From Patescibacteria group bacterium (GTDB lineage Bacteria; Patescibacteriota; Minisyncoccia; JACQLN01), in NCBI GenBank assembly GCA_038065095.1, contig JBBTRR010000004.1, positions 15,998-79,997 of the forward strand: DNA of 64,000 bases, in the 5' to 3' direction. This document shows positions 48,259 to 58,177 of this stretch, one piece after another. The position numbers and the translations under genes are program-made. Each line of letters begins with the position of its first letter. The first letter of the stretch is position 1. The notes beneath the pieces were generated by a model. That model did no database searches, was not told the DNA's origin, and saw nothing but the letters and a program-made list of their open reading frames with translations.

Positions 48259-49524
48259 ATGAAATTAGAATCAAAAGATTTACCAAAGTCTCAATTAGAG
48301 TTAGCTATAACTTTATCATCTGACGAGTTGGAAAAATATTTAGACGCAAGTGTGCGTGAACTTTCTCGTCATAATCCCATAAAGGGTTTTAGACCTGGTT
48401 TTGCTTCACGTGATGTTGTGGTTCGCGAATTAGGCAAAGAAAAAGTGGAACATGTTGCCTTTGACATTGCTGTTCGTGAAAAACTAACAGAAGTTATTAA
48501 CGAAAAAAAGATAAGTTTTGTGGGCGAACCTAAAGTTTCCAAAGTTTTACCTAAAGATGGCGGTATTGAATTTAGCGCTGTGCTTTCGGTTGTGCCACAA
48601 ATTGATCCAGGTGAATATAAAAAAATAAAAATATCTTTAGATGAAGTTAAAGTTGAAGAAAAAGAAATTGCAGAAGTTTTGGAAGATATAAGAAAATCTC
48701 GAACCCAAAATTTTAATGTTGATCGTGCTGCCGATAAAGGCGATAGAGTGGAAATTGATTTCTTGGTTAAAAAAGAAGGGGTGCTTGTTGATGGCGGAGA
48801 ATCTAAACAGCATCCTTTAGTTTTAGGTGAAGGACATTTTATAGAAGGTTTTGAAGACAATATTGTTGGTTTAAAAGAAGGCGAAACTAAGAATTTTTCT
48901 TTAACTGCTCCAGTAAATTATCACAATAAAGATATGGCGGGTAAAAAGATAGATTTTGAGGTTAAAATGAATTTGGTTCAGGCAAGAAAATTACCAGAGC
49001 TTACCGATGAGTTTGTAAAGTCTTTAGGTAAGTTTGCTTCGTTAGAAGATTTGAAATCTAATATTATTGAAGGTATTAAAATTGAAAAGAAAGCTAAAGC
49101 AGAAGAAAAACGCAGAGCTAAAATTGTAGAAGAATTAGTTAAAAATATTAAAGTAGAATTACCTCAAGAGCTTATAGAAATGGAATTTGAAAAAATGACG
49201 GCGGAACTAGCCGATTCATTAAGGCAGATGAATTTAACGCTAGAAAATTATTTAAATCATATTAGTAAAACTCCAGAAGAATTAAAAAAGGATTGGGAAC
49301 CTCAAGCTGAAAAAAGAGTTAAAGCAGCGCTAGTATTAAAAGAAATTTCTAAAAGAGAAAATGTGGAGGTTGCAGAAGCTGAAATAGAAGAAAAGTTAAC
49401 AGCTATGATGCGCCAAGCTCCGCCGCTCGCGCCTAATCAAAATCTTGATTTGACAGCATTAAGAGGGTATGTTAAAAACATAATACGAAACGAGAAAGTA
49501 TTTAAGGTTTTAGAAAACCAGTAA
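48259..49524 (+). CDS. tig: Trigger factor
   Basis: 421 aa; N-terminal ribosome-binding domain with GFRPG motif; central PPIase-like and C-terminal arms. Confidence 0.85.
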   Translation: MKLESKDLPKSQLELAITLSSDELEKYLDASVRELSRHNPIKGFRPGFASRDVVVRELGKEKVEHVAFDIAVREKLTEVINEKKISFVGEPKVSKVLPKDGGIEFSAVLSVVPQIDPGEYKKIKISLDEVKVEEKEIAEVLEDIRKSRTQNFNVDRAADKGDRVEIDFLVKKEGVLVDGGESKQHPLVLGEGHFIEGFEDNIVGLKEGETKNFSLTAPVNYHNKDMAGKKIDFEVKMNLVQARKLPELTDEFVKSLGKFASLEDLKSNIIEGIKIEKKAKAEEKRRAKIVEELVKNIKVELPQELIEMEFEKMTAELADSLRQMNLTLENYLNHISKTPEELKKDWEPQAEKRVKAALVLKEISKRENVEVAEAEIEEKLTAMMRQAPPLAPNQNLDLTALRGYVKNIIRNEKVFKVLENQ

Positions 49525-49546
49525 ATCAAGTGGTTTATAAGCAGAA

Positions 49547-49635
49547 CATTCCTCGCAGACGATATATGAATCTTGCCTAAGCAAGATTCATCGTCAACTG
49601 ATTTAGGTTTTCTCCATAATGCTACTCGGAGTGTT
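49547..49635. repeat. Terminator-loop palindromic insert element, copy 2 (variant core)
   Basis: cattcctcgcagacgatat-[atgaatcttgcctaagcaagattcat]-...ctccataatgctactcggagtg; overlaps the over-extended ORF-track start of clpP. Confidence 0.55.
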
Positions 49636-49656
49636 TTGATTACAATACATAAAACC

Positions 49657-50241
49657 ATGAATTTAATTCCAACAGTTATAGAAAAAACTTCGTATGGCGA
49701 AAGGGCTTACGATATATACTCGCGATTACTTAAAGAAAGAATCGTGTTTTTGGGTGGTTCCATAAACGATGCAGTTGCCAACACTGTAATTGCTCAACTT
49801 TTGTTTTTAGAAAGCCAAGATCCTAAAAAAGAGATCAAACTTTATATAAATAGCCCAGGTGGTTCTGTTACCGCAGGACTGGCTGTTTACGATACAATAC
49901 AGTTAATTAAAAGCGATGTTTCTACTATTTGTGTGGGTATAGCGGCTTCAATGGGCGCAGTTTTGCTGGCTGGTGGTAAAAAGGGTAGAAGATTTTCTTT
50001 GCCAAATAGCGAAGTTATGATTCACCAAGTTATGGGCGGGGTAGAAGGCCAAGCTGTAGAAATAGAAATTTCTGCTCGGCATATAATTAAAGTTAAGGAC
50101 AGGTTAAATAAAATTTTGGCTAAGCATAGTGGCAAGAGCCTAAAAGATATAGAAAAAGATACAGATAGAGACCATTTTATGTCTGCAGAAGAAGCCAAGG
50201 CTTATGGAATTGTGGATGAAATAATTTCGGCTAAAAAATAA
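49657..50241 (+). CDS. clpP: ATP-dependent Clp protease proteolytic subunit
   Basis: [32 protein letters not shown]...; catalytic Ser (GIAASMG), His and Asp contexts. The ORF-track start at 49573 lies inside the upstream repeat, so ATG at 49657 is preferred. Confidence 0.9.
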   Translation: MNLIPTVIEKTSYGERAYDIYSRLLKERIVFLGGSINDAVANTVIAQLLFLESQDPKKEIKLYINSPGGSVTAGLAVYDTIQLIKSDVSTICVGIAASMGAVLLAGGKKGRRFSLPNSEVMIHQVMGGVEGQAVEIEISARHIIKVKDRLNKILAKHSGKSLKDIEKDTDRDHFMSAEEAKAYGIVDEIISAKK

Positions 50242-50292
50242 AAGAAGCAGGCAAAACTGCAAAAAAGAACGGTTGATAGCCGTTCTTTTTCA

Positions 50293-51879
50293 TTATTTAT
50301 ATAATATTGGGAGTAGGCTTTTGCCATCCATATCGCTAGGCGCATTGATTTGCATTAGGTCTAGAACAGTAGCCGCCACATCTTGCAGTATACCTTTTAC
50401 ACCAGTTTTTTCTTCTCGTAATTCTTTTATTTTCTCTGATGTTTTTTCTTTTTTTAATTGATTCGTCACTAAATACAGTGGCACGGGGTTTATGGTGTGT
50501 TCGGTATTTATTTCTCCGCTAAGAGTATTTATTTTGAGTTCAGCGTTGCCATGATCGGCAGTTATTATTAAAGTTCCGTTAACTTCTAAAACAGCGTCCA
50601 TTATTTTTTTTACAGCCAAATCAATTGATTCAACTGATTTTATTGTTGCGGATAAATCGCCAGTGTGCCCAACCATATCAGCATTGGCTAAATTAGCTAA
50701 AAGAAAATCGTATTTTGCAGATTTTATAGCGCTAGTCAAACCCTCGGCTATTTCAAAAGCTTTCATCTTCGGAACATCGCTAAAATGTGTGGCGGTTGCA
50801 GATTTTATAAGCTGTCTTTCTTCACCTTCGAACGCGCTTTCTTGCCCGCCGTTAAAAAAATAAGTTACATGCGCATATTTTTCTGTTTCGGCAATTTTAA
50901 ATTGTTTTTTGCCGTTTTCTGAAAGTATTTGAGAAAGTGTATACTTTAGTTCGAGGGGGGGGAATATAACCTCTGCAGGTAAACCTTTTTCGTAGGGGGT
51001 TAACATTGCATAGAAATTATTTTTTGTTTCTTTGTGCGAAAATTCTTTAAATTTTGGCTCAGCTATAGCTTTTACAAGTTCGCGGGCTCTGTCTTCTCTA
51101 AAATTAAAAAATATAACAACATCACCGTCTTTTACTGTACCTAGTGGTTCATTTTTTTCATCTACTAAGACAATAGGTTCTAAATAATTATCGTTTATAT
51201 TTTTGGCATATTGGTTTTTTATTGATTGAATAAAATCTTGGGTTTTTTCGCCTTGGCCTTCTATTACTAGACGATAAGCTTTTTCTATTCTATCCCAGTG
51301 GGCATCTCTATCCATACTGTAAAATCTGCCAATACAACTTGCGATTTTACCTTTACCGAGCCAGTTTAATCTTTCAATTAAATTTTGTATAAGTGTCGCC
51401 GCCTCTTTAGGTGGGCTGTCTTGGCCATCGGTTGAAAGATGCAACCAGATTTCTTTTACATTTTCGTTTTTAGCCATTTCAACAAGTGCATATAAGTGGT
51501 CTATATAAGAATGCACCGAACCCGAACCAACCAAACCAACTAAGTGCCAAGCGGAATTATTTTCTTTGGCATGTGCGATCGCTTTTTTTAAAACTGGATT
51601 TTGAAAAAAACTTCCATTTTGAATAGCAAAAGTTATGCGGGTTAAGGGTTGTTGCCAGATTTGGCCTGTACCCATAGCAGTGTGACCCACTTCGGAATTT
51701 CCAGCTTCACCCCACGGCAAACCCACTGGTACACCCGAAGCCTGCAACAAAACAAAAGGATAGTTTTTTTCTATAAAATCTAAGTTTGGTTTATTGGCTT
51801 GAGTTATGGCGTTACCCTTACTTTCTTCGCCTACACCATAGCCATCTAAAATTAGTAGAACAACAGGTCTCATTACCAT
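50293..51879 (-). CDS. gpmI: 2,3-bisphosphoglycerate-independent phosphoglycerate mutase
   Basis: 528 aa; N-terminal VVLLILDGYGVG, metal-binding ITADHGNAE and DGRD-like motifs of iPGM. Confidence 0.9.
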   Translation of the reverse strand: MVMRPVVLLILDGYGVGEESKGNAITQANKPNLDFIEKNYPFVLLQASGVPVGLPWGEAGNSEVGHTAMGTGQIWQQPLTRITFAIQNGSFFQNPVLKKAIAHAKENNSAWHLVGLVGSGSVHSYIDHLYALVEMAKNENVKEIWLHLSTDGQDSPPKEAATLIQNLIERLNWLGKGKIASCIGRFYSMDRDAHWDRIEKAYRLVIEGQGEKTQDFIQSIKNQYAKNINDNYLEPIVLVDEKNEPLGTVKDGDVVIFFNFREDRARELVKAIAEPKFKEFSHKETKNNFYAMLTPYEKGLPAEVIFPPLELKYTLSQILSENGKKQFKIAETEKYAHVTYFFNGGQESAFEGEERQLIKSATATHFSDVPKMKAFEIAEGLTSAIKSAKYDFLLANLANADMVGHTGDLSATIKSVESIDLAVKKIMDAVLEVNGTLIITADHGNAELKINTLSGEINTEHTINPVPLYLVTNQLKKEKTSEKIKELREEKTGVKGILQDVAATVLDLMQINAPSDMDGKSLLPILYK

Positions 51880-51972
51880 ATTATACTTGAGACTAGATTT
51901 TACTGCTCTATTGACACTTTCTTAAAAATTATTGTATCTTAGAGTTAAATGGTTCTTTAACAAAAAAGGAGA

Positions 51973-53184
51973 ATGGTAATGTTAGCAAAGGAACTTTTAG
52001 TTCGAGAAGAAGAGCCTCTAATTACTACTGAAGAGCAAATTTCTTTCAGTCAGGAGAAAGAAGAGGTTGAAATAGATTTAGCTAAAAAAGCCAAGGAAAT
52101 TTTAGGTTATACACCTCTTATTTTGGAGCAAGAAAGAAAAATACGAAAGAATAAAGAAGCCAAAGATCGTTTTCTTTTCAGGACAGCTATATTTATGGCT
52201 GGTATACAACCTTTCAAGTTGAAATCAGTAGTGGATTATAAGGAAGCTGCAGTTAGGGAGAAACTTGATTTTCGTGGCCAGATGGTAGAAAAGGTTTACA
52301 AAGGATCTATATATTTGTGGGGAGCATTAGTAGTTGTCGGAGTGGTTTTATTTTTAGCCTATGCGACTGCAGATAAAATTGCCGAAGATACCTCGTCTTA
52401 TTCGGTATTTCAAGATACAGAAACAGGGCGTGGTTTAGGATTTAGAATTGCGTGGGAGATGATAGGAATATTTCCAAGATCAACGGAAATTATCATCACT
52501 CCAACCGAACAAGAAATAGAGAGTTGGATCCGACGACAGATTCTGGATGAAAATCTGCGTGGTAGTCAAGTTCAAAAAAGATTGAGAGAAATGGCTGAAC
52601 AGCATTTTCTAAAATCCAGCTTGAGCATAGGTGATCCTCGAGTGATTCGTAACTTTGTATTACGTTTTGCTTTACCTATTTTTCTGGTGGTTGTGCTGGT
52701 CAAATTATTTTTTGACAGGCGTTTACGAGAGCATCTTCCCACTAGAAGAGTTTTTTGGAAGTTGATACCAATTAAGGACTATGATCAGCCAGTTCCAGAA
52801 TCTGTTTTACAAACAGCGGTCAAAATTGGGGAACGTAATCCAGAACTAGAATTCTTTGTTGATAATCTGATGGAAAAGAAATTGCCCCAACGTTTCTGGG
52901 TGCACACTTTAGTTTTAGTTCCAGTGTTGACGTTGGTTATGTATTACGCTGGTACTAGGTTGTCAGAAATGCTTTGGATGTATCTTGCTTCGATAGCTAT
53001 GTCTGGAACTGCTATAGCCATTGCCAATGCAGCAACTATGGTTGCACCGATTGTAGTGGACCCGTTCTTGGTTGTGAGGCATAAGGATTATCCTAATGTG
53101 CCAGAAGAATACTATGTTTATGTTTGGGATGAACCAAAGTTTGAAAGGCAAACCAACACAAGAGGGAGCGCGCATCTTAACTAG
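51973..53184 (+). CDS. Membrane protein, hypothetical
   Basis: 403 aa with about 4 TM helices and no recognisable domain. Confidence 0.45.
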   Translation: MVMLAKELLVREEEPLITTEEQISFSQEKEEVEIDLAKKAKEILGYTPLILEQERKIRKNKEAKDRFLFRTAIFMAGIQPFKLKSVVDYKEAAVREKLDFRGQMVEKVYKGSIYLWGALVVVGVVLFLAYATADKIAEDTSSYSVFQDTETGRGLGFRIAWEMIGIFPRSTEIIITPTEQEIESWIRRQILDENLRGSQVQKRLREMAEQHFLKSSLSIGDPRVIRNFVLRFALPIFLVVVLVKLFFDRRLREHLPTRRVFWKLIPIKDYDQPVPESVLQTAVKIGERNPELEFFVDNLMEKKLPQRFWVHTLVLVPVLTLVMYYAGTRLSEMLWMYLASIAMSGTAIAIANAATMVAPIVVDPFLVVRHKDYPNVPEEYYVYVWDEPKFERQTNTRGSAHLN

Positions 53185-53263
53185 AAGGTAATGTTCAAAA
53201 AGTTATTTTATTCTACTAAACCCCACTAAACAGTGGGGTTTTTGTTACTTAAACACACAGTTA

Positions 53264-53587
53264 TTGACAAACTACGGGGTGATATGCTATGATGTAAACA
53301 TCAGAAAAAAGGGTAGTTCCTTCTTAATGTCCTATATGGACGATAGGGTCGTTATGAAATATCTAGTTGGATTCTGGATGTTCGTGGTCGGCTATTATGG
53401 TTTTTTGAACATTCTACTTCAGGAGACCTACAAGTCGCCTGTCGGGTCAGCCTCTCCGTATTACACTGTACCTGGCGTACACACAGATACGTCGGATATG
53501 ACCTTGATAGTGGGGGGAACACTCTTTATTCTGTTCATGATGTGGTTGAACAGAAAGAGGGAGACCCGCTATCCGTTCCAAAACTGA
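53264..53587 (+). CDS. Small two-TM protein, hypothetical
   Basis: 107 aa; two hydrophobic helices. Confidence 0.3.
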   Translation: MTNYGVICYDVNIRKKGSSFLMSYMDDRVVMKYLVGFWMFVVGYYGFLNILLQETYKSPVGSASPYYTVPGVHTDTSDMTLIVGGTLFILFMMWLNRKRETRYPFQN

Positions 53588-53655
53588 AGATTGAGTCTGG
53601 AAGACTTGAATCTTCTTGACCCCTTGAATATTGAAATTTGTTCAGGGGGTCTTTT

Positions 53656-53913
53656 TTATCTGTAAATATCTTTACGATGATCTATGTCAAAAAAGATGGC
53701 GGTATCGGTTGTGTGGAAATAAAAAAGCACCCGATAATTTCGGGTGATGCGAAAAGAGAAAACATGCTTTAAGGTTTTATTCTTTTTTATATGAAGACGA
53801 GGACTTCGCCAGTCGGTTAAAAAGAAATCCTCTTGAATCTGATAAAGCCGTTGAATTGCTTGGGGTAATTTCTTGAAAGCGCGTTTAAAATCGTCAGTTT
53901 GAATTATTCTCAT
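53656..53913 (-). CDS. RelE/ParE-family toxin
   Basis: 85 aa; ...HVFSFRITRNYRVLFYFHTTDTAIFFDIDHRKDIY. Confidence 0.65.
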   Translation of the reverse strand: MRIIQTDDFKRAFKKLPQAIQRLYQIQEDFFLTDWRSPRLHIKKNKTLKHVFSFRITRNYRVLFYFHTTDTAIFFDIDHRKDIYR

Positions 53914-54107
53914 GCCGATAATGGCGGGTACAGCTTTGAGGCTTTTTTATAAGAATTTTTGATTCTAGTAGGATGAGCATAATCTTTTAAATCTTCTTGT
54001 GGAAAATCAGAAGTCATTTTTTGAATAACATCAAAACGCTCGGCCTTTTCCACGAGCTCTTGGTATCTTTCTTTGGTTAAGGTTATCTTACCATTCATAG
54101 TATACAC
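53910..54107 (-). CDS. Putative antitoxin partner of RelE-like toxin
   Basis: 65 aa immediately upstream with 4-bp overlap to the toxin gene. Confidence 0.45.
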   Translation of the reverse strand: MYTMNGKITLTKERYQELVEKAERFDVIQKMTSDFPQEDLKDYAHPTRIKNSYKKASKLYPPLSA

Positions 54108-54174
54108 TTTAGCTAAAATGTCTGTATTTGTAAAATAATTTGCCAGTAGGTAGTAAAATTGATATCATTTCGGT

Positions 54175-54450
54175 ATGAGAAAAAGGACTAAAATACAATC
54201 ACAATATTATGTAACTTATGAACGCGATGGCAAAAAAGGTTATGTGGCTTCGGCGCCAGCCATCACTGGTTGCGTTGTTTATGGAAAAACGCTTGAGGAA
54301 GCTCACCAGAACATAAGTTCGGCCATTAAAGAATGTTTGGAAGTGATTCATCAGTTTAACAAAGATACTCCTAAAGAAACTATGGAGCCAAAAGAAGTAC
54401 GCAAATTTTCCTTCGTTAAAGTTAGACAGCGTGAATATGCTAAAACTTAA
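54175..54450 (+). CDS. hicB: HicB-family antitoxin (UPF0150)
   Basis: YYVTYERDGKKGYVASAPAITGCVVYGKTLEEAHQNISSAI parallels the HicB copy at 26968. Confidence 0.65.
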   Translation: MRKRTKIQSQYYVTYERDGKKGYVASAPAITGCVVYGKTLEEAHQNISSAIKECLEVIHQFNKDTPKETMEPKEVRKFSFVKVRQREYAKT

Positions 54451-54658
54451 ACCAATCGGTTATGGTGAGTTTGCAAGAAAACTGATTCGCGCTGGCTATA
54501 TGCCTATTAGAAAATCTAAACACACTATCTATTTTCATTCCGTAAAAAATATAACTATACCTTTTCCTCATAAACATGCTCACGACATACCTACTGGCCT
54601 GTTAAATAAACTTATCAAAGAAATGGGTTTATCGCGCGAGGATTTTGGGCGACTTTAG
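54431..54658 (+). CDS. hicA: HicA-family toxin
   Basis: 75 aa; ...KHTIYFHSVKNITIPFPHKHAHDIPTGLLNKLIKEMGLSREDF (HicA/YcfA pattern). Overlaps hicB. Confidence 0.65.
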   Translation: MNMLKLKPIGYGEFARKLIRAGYMPIRKSKHTIYFHSVKNITIPFPHKHAHDIPTGLLNKLIKEMGLSREDFGRL

Positions 54659-54805
54659 AAATTTTATTTTACTCTCGTTGATGTTTAGTATCAACTCACC
54701 CCGATTTTAAATCTGGGCTTTACACAGTAGCAACTGTTTTGGGCACACACATATGGCGGATTGATTAATTTGTCAGTTTTATAATGCTGGGTTATACTAC
54801 TTTCA

Positions 54806-55030
54806 ATGATAAGGATAAGCTATAGCAAGCATTCTTTAGATAGATTAAGAAAAAGAGGTATATCTAAAAATCTTGTTCACGAGGCTATAGAGAAAGGACA
54901 AGAAAGGAAGTTGCAATTAAATCTGGGAACTGTTAAATGTGTTTATGCTAAGAGTGGCAAAAAGTTAGTGGTTATTTATCTTCAGAACAAAGAGAATTTT
55001 AAAATTGTAACTGCTTACTACCAAGATTAA
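54806..55030 (+). CDS. DUF4258-family putative toxin
   Basis: 74 aa; ISYSKHSLDRLRKRGISKNLVHEAIEKG...KLVVIYLQ...KIVTAYY matches the DUF4258 consensus. Confidence 0.6.
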   Translation: MIRISYSKHSLDRLRKRGISKNLVHEAIEKGQERKLQLNLGTVKCVYAKSGKKLVVIYLQNKENFKIVTAYYQD

Positions 55031-55045
55031 AAGTAATATATAAAT

Positions 55046-55267
55046 ATGAAAATAAAATACGACAAAGAAGTGGATGTTTTATATATAGAACTTAAGAAAA
55101 GCCGGGTATATAAAACCGTGGAAACTCGGGACAGTTTTTTAATTGATTTTGATAAAGAAGGTCAAGTTATAGGTTTTGAAATATTGGGTTATTCTAAAAC
55201 GGTGCCTAAAGTGGACGAAAGATTTTCAGTGTATGCTGGGCAAAGCAGGATCAAAATTCCTGTATAG
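55046..55267 (+). CDS. DUF2283-family putative antitoxin
   Basis: 73 aa; MKIKYDKEVDVLYIELKK... is the canonical DUF2283 N-terminus; paired with DUF4258. Confidence 0.6.
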   Translation: MKIKYDKEVDVLYIELKKSRVYKTVETRDSFLIDFDKEGQVIGFEILGYSKTVPKVDERFSVYAGQSRIKIPV

Positions 55268-55518
55268 AATTATTTTTGTCGGGCATTGGGTTGTTGAGTA
55301 TATACATATCATTTTAACCTTGGGGTGTGAACCACAACAAGGTATTTACTTTTTTGCCTTATAAGTGTTAAGTTTAATTTGGTATTAATTTAAGATTTAG
55401 AGTTTGTTGGAGGTATACTTTGGGCCAAAAGGTACGAAAAGGTGGCACAAAGCATTAATATTTTACGTTTTTAAAATGTTTTTACAGGTTTTAAACCATC
55501 CGATAACTTACACACAAA

Positions 55519-57048
55519 ATGTTTTCATTGGGAATATTACCCCAACTAGTTTTGGTTGCGGCCATTGGCTTGGGGATAGGTTACTTTATACGCCAACAGA
55601 TAGCTCAAAGAAGGGCTGGTAGTTTGGAGGCGCGCCTCGCTAAAATGGTTGAAAAAGCCAAAGCCGAGGTAAAGGAAAAAGAAGATGAGGCCAAAGGAAA
55701 AGCGAGAGAAATTATAAACGAAGCCAAAGAAGAAACAGCTCGTAGGCAATCTCAACTTACCAAAATAGAAGATCTCTTACTTAAAAGAGAAGAGGGTTTA
55801 GAAAAAAAAATACAGGAAACAGAACGAAAAATAGAAGTTCTGGAGGGAGAGCGTGTTCAGGTTTCAAAAACCAAAGAAGTAGTAGAAGAAATAAGAAAAA
55901 AGGAAATATTAGAATTAGAAAGAATTTCTAATCTAAATCAAGAAAAAGCTAAGGCAGAACTTTTTAATCAACTAGAAAAAACTTACAGCGAAGATCTTTT
56001 AAGGCAAATTCATCGTTTACAAAACGAAAACAGAACTGAACTTGATAAAAAAACTCAAGATATTTTGGTTTCTTCGTTACAACGATATGCAGGTTCGGTG
56101 GTTTCCGAAGTAACAACTACTTATGTTAAGTTGCCCTCGGAAGAACTTAAGGGAAAAATAATTGGCAAAGAAGGTAGAAATATTAAGGCTTTAGAAAGAT
56201 TAACTGGTGTAGAAATTGTGGTAGATGAAACTCCGGATTCTGTTATGATTTCTGGTTTTGACCCGGTACGCAGGCAAATTGCTAAAACTGCTCTGGAAGA
56301 TTTAATAAAAGATGGACGCATTCAACCAGCAAAAATAGAAGAAGCTGTAGCTACTGCCCGTGAAAAGGTTAACGAAAAAGCTAAAGAAGCGGGAGAAGCC
56401 GCAGTTTTTGATCTAGGTTTAACGGGAATAGATCCAAGATTAATACAGCTTTTGGGTAGATTAAAGTTTAGAACTTCTTTTGGGCAAAATGTTTTAGATC
56501 ACTCGGTAGAGGCGTCTCATATAGCCGGGATGTTAGCAGTAGAACTTGGTGTTAATGTGCGTGTGGCTAAAATGGGAACGCTTTTTCATGATGTTGGAAA
56601 AGCTATAGACCACGAGGTTCAGGGTTCGCATGTAGATATTGGCCGAAGAATTTTACAAAAGTTTGGTGTAGATGAAAATGTTGTAAAAGCTATGCAGGCT
56701 CATCATGGTGAATATCCTTATGAAACTCCGGAAAGTATTATTGTTCAGGTAGCGGAATCAATTTCTGCAGCTCGCCCTGGCGCTCGCAAAGATTCTGTAG
56801 AAATTTATCTTAAACGTTTAGAAGATATTGAAAGAATCACCAACAGTTTTGAAGGTATTGAAAAGTCTTACGCCATACAATCAGGCCGAGAGGTTAGGGT
56901 GTTTGTAATGCCAGATAAAATTGATGATTTTGGTATGCATAAACTAGCCAAAGATATGGCGGCTAAGATTCAGGAGGAGCTTAGGTATCCTGGAGAAATT
57001 AAAATAACCGTTATTAGAGAAAATAGGGCGGTGGAATATGCAAAATAG
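55519..57048 (+). CDS. rny: Ribonuclease Y
   Basis: N-terminal TM, coiled-coil, KH domain (IIGKEGRNIKALERLTGVEIVVD) and HD domain (FHDVGKAIDHEVQGSHVDIG). Confidence 0.9.
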   Translation: MFSLGILPQLVLVAAIGLGIGYFIRQQIAQRRAGSLEARLAKMVEKAKAEVKEKEDEAKGKAREIINEAKEETARRQSQLTKIEDLLLKREEGLEKKIQETERKIEVLEGERVQVSKTKEVVEEIRKKEILELERISNLNQEKAKAELFNQLEKTYSEDLLRQIHRLQNENRTELDKKTQDILVSSLQRYAGSVVSEVTTTYVKLPSEELKGKIIGKEGRNIKALERLTGVEIVVDETPDSVMISGFDPVRRQIAKTALEDLIKDGRIQPAKIEEAVATAREKVNEKAKEAGEAAVFDLGLTGIDPRLIQLLGRLKFRTSFGQNVLDHSVEASHIAGMLAVELGVNVRVAKMGTLFHDVGKAIDHEVQGSHVDIGRRILQKFGVDENVVKAMQAHHGEYPYETPESIIVQVAESISAARPGARKDSVEIYLKRLEDIERITNSFEGIEKSYAIQSGREVRVFVMPDKIDDFGMHKLAKDMAAKIQEELRYPGEIKITVIRENRAVEYAK

Positions 57049-57064
57049 ATTATGTTACAAAAAA

Positions 57065-57133
57065 TCACCCCTCGCAGACGATATGGAGCCTCTTTATTAT
57101 ATTCTGGTCTTCTCCATAATGCTGCTTGGGGTG
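57065..57133. repeat. Terminator-loop palindromic insert element, copy 3
   Basis: tcacccctcgcagacgatatggagcctctttattatattctggtcttctccataatgctgcttggggtga downstream of rny. Confidence 0.6.
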
Positions 57134-57270
57134 ATTTTTTTATTTTTATTTTTCCACAACGAAAGATGAGGTTTATTGCGGAAAAATTGAAGGTCGGGTA
57201 TTATGGAGATAGTAAAGATGCGACTTTTTGGAAAGGTCGAATAAAAAGCGTAGTAATTGCTTAAAAAATA

Positions 57271-57543
57271 ATGACAAAAAATCAATTCGTGGCAGCAGTA
57301 GCCACCAAGACAGGCAAGGCCAAGTCAGAAACAGCAGAAATGGTAGATGCTATTTTTGATACTATTACACAGACTATGATTAAGGGGGACAATGCAAACA
57401 TTTCTGGTTTTGGAGTTTTTAGAGTTTCCGATAGAAAAGCTCGTGAAGGCATTAATCCAAGAACTGGTGAAAAAATTCAAATTGCAGCTAAAAAGGCTCC
57501 TAAATTTAGAGCCGGTAAGACCTTGAAAGAAGCTGTAAAATAG
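57271..57543 (+). CDS. hup: DNA-binding protein HU
   Basis: 90 aa; ISGFGVFRVSDRKAREGINPRTGEKIQIAAKKAPKFRAGKTLKEAV matches the HU/IHF consensus. Confidence 0.93.
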   Translation: MTKNQFVAAVATKTGKAKSETAEMVDAIFDTITQTMIKGDNANISGFGVFRVSDRKAREGINPRTGEKIQIAAKKAPKFRAGKTLKEAVK

Positions 57544-57597
57544 TATTTCTTATAACTTAAAAAATCACTCCGATCTATTCGGGGTGGTTTTAGTTTG

Positions 57598-57744
57598 GAG
57601 TGGGTAAGGGGAATCGGTCACAGATAATGCCTCACTGTCGCTCGGTATTTCTGCGACCCCAGCTCATCGCAATTTTTTTATAAAAATTGACGATTCCGCT
57701 TTTCGATTCCCCACGTGGGCAAATAAATTTGCCCACTTTACCCG
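57598..57744. repeat. tRNA-Gly-associated miniature element with conserved core (copy A)
   Basis: Begins with gagtgggtaaggggaatcg, a 19-bp copy (1 mismatch) of the 3' end of tRNA-Gly at 57786-57804. A conserved core gtcaca...tcgcgaccccagctcatcRcaatttt...aaaattgaYgattccgctttt is shared with 57963-58048. It then carries the inverted copy cgattcccc and a hairpin gtgggcaaataaatttgcccac. Confidence 0.55.
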
Positions 57745-57789
57745 ATAACAAAAACAGAACCTAAAGAGTAGGTTCTGTTTTTGTTATTG

Positions 57790-57860
57790 AGCGGGTAAGG
57801 GGAATCGAACCCCTAGCAACAGCTTGGAAAGCTGTGGTATTACCACTATACGATACCCGC
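57790..57860 (-). tRNA. tRNA-Gly (anticodon UCC)
   Basis: GCGGGTA-TC-GTAT-AGTGGTA-ATAC-C-ACAGC-TTTCCAA-GCTGT-TGCT-AGGGG-TTCGATT-CCCCT-TACCCGC-T, with discriminator U73 as in bacterial tRNA-Gly. Confidence 0.85.
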
Positions 57861-57945
57861 CTACGCTCGCTGCGAGCTATGGCGGGCAAGCCCGCCAATG
57901 GTTAGCGAAGTTTCTTTTAAATTTATTCCTTCGTTTGACTTGGTC

Positions 57946-58050
57946 GGGGCCGCCGAGAATCGGTCACAACTCTCGCCTCGTCGTCACTCGGCTCGGTCGC
58001 GACCCCAGCTCATCACAATTTTCTGCTGAAAATTGATGATTCCGCTTTTT
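57946..58050. repeat. tRNA-Pro-associated miniature element with conserved core (copy B)
   Basis: Begins with ggggccgccgagaatcg, a direct repeat of the tRNA-Pro 3' end cggggcgccgagaatcg at 58108-58124, then the same about 70-bp core as copy A. Confidence 0.55.
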
Positions 58051-58106
58051 TCTTCTCGACACACGACAATAAATCGTCGTGCTGCTCCCTCCTTCACTTC
58101 GTTCAG

Positions 58107-58177
58107 TCGGGGCGCCGAGAATCGAACTCGGCCTACCTGTTCCCAAAACAGGCGTACTACCAATATACGACGCCCCG
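58107..58177 (-). tRNA. tRNA-Pro (anticodon UGG)
   Basis: CGGGGCG-TC-GTAT-ATTGGTA-GTAC-G-CCTGT-TTTGGGA-ACAGG-TAGG-CCGAG-TTCGATT-CTCGG-CGCCCCG-A. Confidence 0.85.

Noticed and set aside
49573-49656. ORF-track start of clpP at 49573
   Set aside because: The extension lies inside the palindromic repeat 49547-49635 and adds a non-ClpP N-terminus. An in-frame ATG at 49657 gives a canonical ClpP start.
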